The notes under the pieces are model-generated. The model did not search any database and had not been told where the DNA came from. It was given only the letters and a program-made list of their open reading frames with translations. DNA of 56,106 nucleotides from Octopus bimaculoides (taxonomy: Eukaryota), in contig NC_068999.1 of assembly GCF_001194135.2 (NCBI RefSeq), positions 18,596,473-18,652,578 of the forward strand. Direction: 5' to 3'. Positions 48,871 through 56,106 of the stretch are shown piece after piece. Position 1 is the first letter of the stretch; each line of letters starts with the position of its first letter. Position numbers and translations under genes: made by a program.

Positions 48871-50654
48871 ATATTATATAACATTTTGTGTTCGTAATGA
48901 TATGTGTATCAAATGGTGGCTGAAAGACTGACGCTTGGTGCTAAAATAAATGAATTGGAAATAATAGTAATAATAATGTCCATGTATAATTAGCTGTCAG
49001 TATGTCAGTATTCTGTTTCTGCTTATATTGCTATAAAATGAGTTCTAGTTGTATCGTACTGTCATCTTATTGAACAGTCATACGTAGTCTTCGACTGGAA
49101 ATTCCATATAATATATACGTAAGTACTTGTAAGTGTGTATGGTTATATGTATGCATTTAAGTTATTTCTCATTTTGATTTAGTGTACGCCAGGTATGACT
49201 TTGCACATTTCATAGAAATCAAGCAACCAGTTTATTTCCATTAACATAGAAATTACTAAAATTTTCAACTGCTCAAAAATTTAATTTGGCTTGACAGGCA
49301 ATTTATTAAACAGGCATTCTCATATCAAAATAAATCTGCTGATATACAAAACTTTCTTAATGGATATTTAATTGACACAACAGAAATGTTGTTGTAAATT
49401 TGGTAATGTTTTATTTAAATTTGTATATACAATGTTACCAGCGAACAATACAGGGCAAAATTTCACTGCGAATTAAATTCAACATTTTATATTTTCGATA
49501 TTTGAAATTTGAGATAAAATTCATCTTCATAATTCATGAATCGAAAGAAATGTATATCAGTAAAATTTTGCCGTTTGGCAAAAACATTTCGAATGACGAA
49601 CAAAATGTCAATTTGTGTATGGAGTAACTGATAAAGTAAATGTTGGACATTAATATATGTCCATTTATCTCTGACTTCTTATTGTTATACAAATCTCAAA
49701 CGGTTTGTCATTGTTTCATGTGGACTGAGCTTGAGAATATTCCAAGTGTAAATGATGGTTAACAGTTTTTAAGATTTGTGTATTAAACCTTAAATTAAAA
49801 ATTCACACATATCAAGAAGTATGAAAGAGAACCCCACTACAAAGTTGAAATATTTCTAGTTTTTAATTCCAAGACGATATATATGTTCAAGGAAGATATT
49901 GTAAATAGGATTTCATTAAGAGAAATTTACTCAATACTATTAACCACAAACCATCTTGATTATACAAAGTACATCCATAAAAAATACACTAAGTAATTTA
50001 TGGCTTTCATGACGTATATATGAAATGATTATTAATAGAGAGGAAAACGGCAAATTTGAAATATATTTAAAACGATATTTTTCTTACATATATGAATGCC
50101 GATTGCTTTGGAAATGACTGCAATACGCAATACCTGAAGTTTCTAAATGAAACACAGAAAAGAGAAAATATTTTCCAGTAAATATTTACTAGAAACTAGT
50201 TCAACTGATAAGCGTTTAAAAAAACACAACGCCAATTTCTATGAACAGAAGCTTATTGTTCAAGGAAGGGAGTTATGAAATATATATTATTGAAAATACA
50301 AGATTATATGAAACCATAACATAAAACATATGCTTAAAAAAAAACGAATACTTGAATGTGTAAAATTGTGTCACAAGGTTAGTTTGATATCCACCACCTA
50401 AGTATCAATGATAAAGCCGAACTTAGCGCAATTTAAACAGATAACGCAAAGAGAGGCGAGATGCCATTAGGCATTTTGCTCGTCATGTTGATGATTGTAG
50501 TCACTCACAGCCTTCATTCTATTGAAACGCCTTATTACTCTGATATAATGAAGCAATTTCGTTATAACTGCCATAAAAGGTTTATTTTCCGTCGCTAAAA
50601 ATGTCAAAAAAACTGGCAATTGGAAAATGAAGAGATTGTTGGAGATTGGCGACA

Positions 50655-51079
50655 GAGGTTTCGGAGGTTGCGTAACAAGAATAGGCCCCAACTATGCGAA
50701 CCTGTTCGTTGGCCACGCTGAGTTCCAAACATTTCAAGATTCACTGGTCCCTCTCCCGGATTATACGGTTGTTATATTGGTCACCGTGTCGGTGCAACCT
50801 CGTCTCCCGCGAACAACTAGACTCCTTCCTGTCTTTTGTCCAATCCTTCCATCCTGCCCTCGAATTCTACACCATTTCCAACACTTCTGTTGCCTTTCTC
50901 GCCATTTCGGTCAACATACACAACTCCGCTCTCACTACCTCCATCCATTCACACAAACTCACACTCATGCTTCAACTTCTCCCTCCACCCTAAACACAAC
51001 AAGCTCTCCATCCCCTACTCCCAAATCCTCCGTCCGCGCAAGCTCTGTATTGACAAACATGATTATGACTCAGTCTCCG
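50655..51079 (+). mobile_element. Penelope-like element RT fragment (core motifs and thumb) running into a gap
   Basis: TRIGPNYANLFVG, degenerate RYIDD region, FVQSFHPALEF..ISNTSVAFL, TSIH.NSHS..HPKHNKLSIPYSQILRPRKLC; several frameshifts. Confidence 0.85.
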
Positions 51080-54000
51080 NNNNNNNNNNNNNNNNNNNNN
51101 NNNNNNNNNNNNNNNNNNNNNNNNNNNNNNNNNNNNNNNNNNNNNNNNNNNNNNNNNNNNNNNNNNNNNNNNNNNNNNNNNNNNNNNNNNNNNNNNNNNN
51201 NNNNNNNNNNNNNNNNNNNNNNNNNNNNNNNNNNNNNNNNNNNNNNNNNNNNNNNNNNNNNNNNNNNNNNNNNNNNNNNNNNNNNNNNNNNNNNNNNNNN
51301 NNNNNNNNNNNNNNNNNNNNNNNNNNNNNNNNNNNNNNNNNNNNNNNNNNNNNNNNNNNNNNNNNNNNNNNNNNNNNNNNNNNNNNNNNNNNNNNNNNNN
51401 NNNNNNNNNNNNNNNNNNNNNNNNNNNNNNNNNNNNNNNNNNNNNNNNNNNNNNNNNNNNNNNNNNNNNNNNNNNNNNNNNNNNNNNNNNNNNNNNNNNN
51501 NNNNNNNNNNNNNNNNNNNNNNNNNNNNNNNNNNNNNNNNNNNNNNNNNNNNNNNNNNNNNNNNNNNNNNNNNNNNNNNNNNNNNNNNNNNNNNNNNNNN
51601 NNNNNNNNNNNNNNNNNNNNNNNNNNNNNNNNNNNNNNNNNNNNNNNNNNNNNNNNNNNNNNNNNNNNNNNNNNNNNNNNNNNNNNNNNNNNNNNNNNNN
51701 NNNNNNNNNNNNNNNNNNNNNNNNNNNNNNNNNNNNNNNNNNNNNNNNNNNNNNNNNNNNNNNNNNNNNNNNNNNNNNNNNNNNNNNNNNNNNNNNNNNN
51801 NNNNNNNNNNNNNNNNNNNNNNNNNNNNNNNNNNNNNNNNNNNNNNNNNNNNNNNNNNNNNNNNNNNNNNNNNNNNNNNNNNNNNNNNNNNNNNNNNNNN
51901 NNNNNNNNNNNNNNNNNNNNNNNNNNNNNNNNNNNNNNNTATATATATATATATATGTATATATATACATACACACATATTTATATATATACAGACATAT
52001 ACTCACACACATATTGTGTCACGATGCTAATTCGTAGAATTGTTTAGAGTATTAATACATATTACAAAGAAATTTGACTAATATAATATAATAACGATCT
52101 AATTAGAATAATAGCCGTATATCTTTTGTGCATTACTCAATGCAACTTCGTCGAAGCATAGAGAGCAATGGAATGTCGGTATACATGAATCAAATTAAGA
52201 GCATTTCAATTATCCAATGATTACAAGCAAATATGTATTCTATTACATGCTAATTAAGACTATTTCATAGAGGACCTTTTGAAAAAATTATATTGATATA
52301 TTGTAGCGACATCTCATTATATATTGAAATGGAGTTCACGAAATATATAAATGTTCAATGAAATTTGATTTCTGTGAAAGAAAATCGCGAGATGCTATCG
52401 ATGCTGTGAATTCTATTGTTAGTTTTTCAATTAGTCTTCTGACGAATATGATACCTATTTGAAAATTTCGCTTTCACTATTTTACTACAAGTCAGGCATC
52501 ATAGAAAATCTTTCTAGCAAATCCGTAAAAATGGTGCCATGTTATATTGTTTTACATCTGACACGCTCTTGTATGTTGGAAAATTTTTAAAACGTACCTT
52601 ACTTATGGCGGAATATTTTAGTATTAAACACTAACCTCTTGTATTAATCTGTTTTGTACATGGTAGCTCCGATCCGAATGATAAATGCGAACGCAGATGA
52701 ACATTGTTTTTAACAACATTTTATCTTTCAGTTTATTGGTTGATAGAAACGGGGACTTTATTGTTGCTTTATTCCACTGTTGTCATTTTATTGGATGTCG
52801 CAGAGAAGACATTGATACCAAAGCCATATTAGTGGTACACTTAACGAATTCCTTATAAATTCCTTACTGGCCTAAGACAATCGACACAATCCAATGTAAA
52901 ATAAGACCAATTTGACTATTAGCAGTGAAATTTCACTATCAACAAATATTATAGAGTTTTAATAAAAATAATCAGATTATGGTTTGTGGACAAAAAAAAT
53001 TATTGACTTCAGAAATATGATATGGTATGAGGTTGAGCTTAAGTGTAGTTTAAAAGAAACACTGTTCAGAAGGAGAAGGTAATTATTCAAGTACTAATTG
53101 CTAGTATTATGAAAAAGAGACAGAGGCATTGTGTTATGTTATTTGTTTGAAATACTGAATTTTATTGTCATTTGATGAGGGTCGATAACTATTATATTTG
53201 CATAACGTGCACTTTCTCTTTAAAAATAAGAAGAGGATATGTGAGATGCTAATAATGGGAAGAAACCTGGCACGTTCTTGTTATGTTTGTGCAAGAGAAA
53301 ATGACAGTTTTTTTTTTTTTAAATAATGAATAATATTAAGATAGATAATGGATATCTATGTCATTTGTGGGTGGAATATTGAGATGATGCGCTTTATAAT
53401 GAAATGAAAAATTTCAACAAATCAAGACACATTTCATTTCAGTGAGCAATTAAATCAATGATATGCTCTAATGAGTACATTAACATAAATGTTTCCATTG
53501 ACAAACATCTCAGCAGTTTACCTTCATCAAGCCTACCTTATTTACTGCTCCTAATTGAAGTTTTGATTTTTATGTAGTAAGGCAAAGATTTAAGAGGCTT
53601 GTATCTTAATGGAATATTAATACCTTTTGAATATTTTATTTTGATCATCAAATTTTTGTCTTTTTTTTCTAACAGGGAATTGCAATTAGTTGCAGTTGCT
53701 GCATATTTTTAATATAGATTTCACAACCAATTTATTATTGTTTAGAGAATGTCTTGAATAAGATATTGCTTTGCCTGAATAAGAAGTGGATGTATACTAC
53801 ATGTGGTGAGCAATGACCAAATGATAGATGAAGTGAGCATTTCTTATGAATTCCTGGCTGTAAAATTATAAGATACTTCAAAGACATACAAAGTCGTTAA
53901 TTGATTCCAGTTATTTTTATCATACTCGGATGTCAAAACAATTGATATGATACAAATCAAGAAAGGGAAATAAGAAATGTAGAGGTATAAGAAAATACAA

Positions 54001-54651
54001 TGCTTGGAAAGATGTAACAAAATTCCTAAGACAGATTACAAGATACATGTAAAAATCAAAAGGAAAATTGTGTTCGGAGCTTAATACGTATGAATGTAAT
54101 GCTTAAGATCACCTGTATTACCATTGAAAACGAACGTGTTCTATAGGCATTCATTTCAGATGTTACTGTCAGGTATTTCTTCAAGTAACAGATGAGATCG
54201 TCTGTTTTCTGTTTATTTTTCGCTTTAATCCTCATATGGTATGTACACCACTTTGTAAAACTTGTAACTGAATAATAACTGAGAAATACTGGTATACAAA
54301 ATACATTGCCTCTATGTATCGAAGAAACAGCACAACGATAATGTCATAGACATTTCACTCCTAGGTAACAATTTACCTGGTATAAAATATGCTTAGATAT
54401 ATATGTAAAAGCATGCTTACAAGTTGATATCGGATGATAATGTAAATAGCTGAGTCAAATAAACGCTATTGAATTCATGCAAAACTGTATACATGCATAC
54501 ATGAATACATACATGCAAACGTAGGTATGCATGTTTGTATGTACGCATGTATGAATGCACACGTGTACATGTTTATGATAACGTCAAACCGCACATATAC
54601 CGCACACACACACACACACACACGTATACATACATACATACATGCAAACAT

Positions 54652-54700
<49 letters not shown>

Positions 54701-54763
54701 NNNNNNNNNNTATTAGTCCCTTCCCTTGTGTTCTCTCTCCCGCTTAGTCGGATGAGTAAATAT

Positions 54764-55142
54764 AGGTGTAGGAGTGGCTGTGTGGTAAGTAGCTTGCTTA
54801 CGAACCGCACGGTTCCGAGTTCAGTCCCACCTCGTGGCACCTTGGGCAAGTGTCTTCTACTATAACCTCGGGCCGACCAAAGCCTTGTGAGTGGATTTGG
54901 TGGACGGAAACTGAAAGAAGCCCGTCGTATGTATGTATATATGTATGTTTGTGTCTGTGTTTGTCCCCCCAACATCGCTCGACAACCGATGCCGTAACCT
55001 AGCGGTTCGGCAAAAGAGACCGATAGAATAAGTACTAGGCTTACAAAAAATAAATCCTGGGGTCGATTTGCTCGACTAAAGGCGGTGCTCCAGCATGGCC
55101 ACAGTCAAATGACTGAAACAAGTAAAAGAATAAAAGAGTAAA
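54764..55142 (+). mobile_element. Best-preserved SINE family A copy (tRNA-derived head, CORE-like ccttgggcaag block, internal microsatellite, A-rich tail)
   Basis: A-box-like TGGCTGTGTGG, B-box-like AGTTCAGTCCC, tail gactgaaacaagtaaaagaataaaagag; related copies elsewhere in the window. Confidence 0.9.
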
Positions 55143-56106
55143 GGGTGTCCCAGAATTAATGATTTGAGTGAAATCGGATGCATTGTTTAAAACTCACTTT
55201 TATTTATGTTTATCTTGTTTAATATGTGTTAAATTGTGTGAATTTAGAATTTTGCTTATAATTCTGTTTTCATTCCAGTTGGACCCCTCTTATTTTTCCA
55301 TGACAGTTTTTTTTTTCAATTTAGCAGCAATCATTTTCTTTACTATCATTGCCCAGATGCAGCAATCTTTTAGCTGAGCTTAAAGAATACATTCAGTTAT
55401 CAGAGCGAAGGAGCTAACGCTTGAAATAATTCAAAATAGGCTTTACAATGCCAAGTAGAGATTTGAGGTATGAAGGGATACAGATATGTTGAACATGTTA
55501 CATAGAAGTAATATTTATAAATCTATATGGTTTTTTTATTTGCCCAATTTCATTGAAACAAATTAATTTTGAAAACAGGTTAATTCTGAAAACAGATTAA
55601 TGAACGCTATACCTGAATGGTGTAGCGTTAGATGTTGCTGAGGGGCTGACAAGTTTGCTTTCCAACCATGTTGCCTTGTGTTCAGGTCAACTTTGTGGCA
55701 CGTGGAGCAATTCTTTTTCATTACAGCTACGTGTCGACCAAAGCCTCTTGTATTATAATTACCATGACTGTATTCATATATAAAATAACACATACAACTC
55801 ACTTATTATTGTCATATGATAGAGAAACAGAATTCCGTGTACGAAATTCATCTTCTTCCTAGATATTTTCTCTCATAAAACACACACAAACAGGAGGAGG
55901 GAATCTACATATATATAATAAAATTTTCTATGTGACTCCCGACAAACAGTAAACGTAATTACCCGATCAAAGACGGGTATTATTGCTAATATATAAATAT
56001 ATGTGTGTGTGTTAGTGTGTGTGTGTGTGTGTGTGGGTGTGAGTCTGTTTGTAGGTATATATAAATATGTACGTGTATATATTATATATAATATATATAT
56101 ATATAT

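Larger units (their letters stand above)
9833..54710. other. Twelve assembly gaps (N-runs) at about 9833, 12444, 14536, 18795, 19976, 22437, 23694, 39457, 41665, 42700, 51080 and 54701
   Basis: Direct reading; most abut (TA)n or other microsatellites. Confidence 0.97.

Noticed and set aside
52733-54173. Strong plus-strand acceptors (about 52733, 53675, 54160) and a 10-nt micro-exon near 49182
   Set aside because: No consistent frame or matching donors, so no gene model could be assembled.
54764-54850. tRNA genes at SINE heads
   Set aside because: A/B-box-like motifs are present, but there is no complete cloverleaf and they continue into SINE bodies.
9565-54975. Long ORFs in the track containing X runs (for example 9565-10833, 50627-52030, 23665-24159)
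   Set aside because: Artefacts of translating through N gaps; only the R4 and Penelope portions next to gaps are meaningful.
1-56106. CRISPR arrays, rRNA genes, operons or other prokaryotic systems
   Set aside because: No regularly spaced repeat-spacer array, rRNA-like sequence or dense coding; the sequence is eukaryotic intergenic or intronic DNA.

Overview
AT-rich, repeat-dense eukaryotic genomic DNA with 12 assembly gaps, most bordered by microsatellites. The SINE families and microsatellite load point to an octopus (coleoid cephalopod) draft genome; this is inference from recalled repeat families, not a database result. No long intact gene is present. Most of the ORF track is artefact from N-runs and simple repeats. 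Recognisable content: three tandem R4/Dong-clade LINE relics at trinucleotide microsatellites (6.6-12 kb); a near-full-length decayed RTE LINE (45.8-48.9 kb); three Penelope-like fragments; two Helitron 3' ends; an internally deleted Tc1/mariner element; a fold-back MITE; and about 12 tRNA-derived SINE copies or fragments of three families. Most interesting: an apparently intact type I hammerhead ribozyme with an unusually long stem II (38435-38532, minus), a second hammerhead with a one-base core insertion (23357-23396, plus), a tentative chain of small phase-1 exons on the minus strand that splices into a 55-aa ORF, and a CpG-rich promoter-like island near 35.35 kb. Repeat boundaries are approximate (tens of bases).
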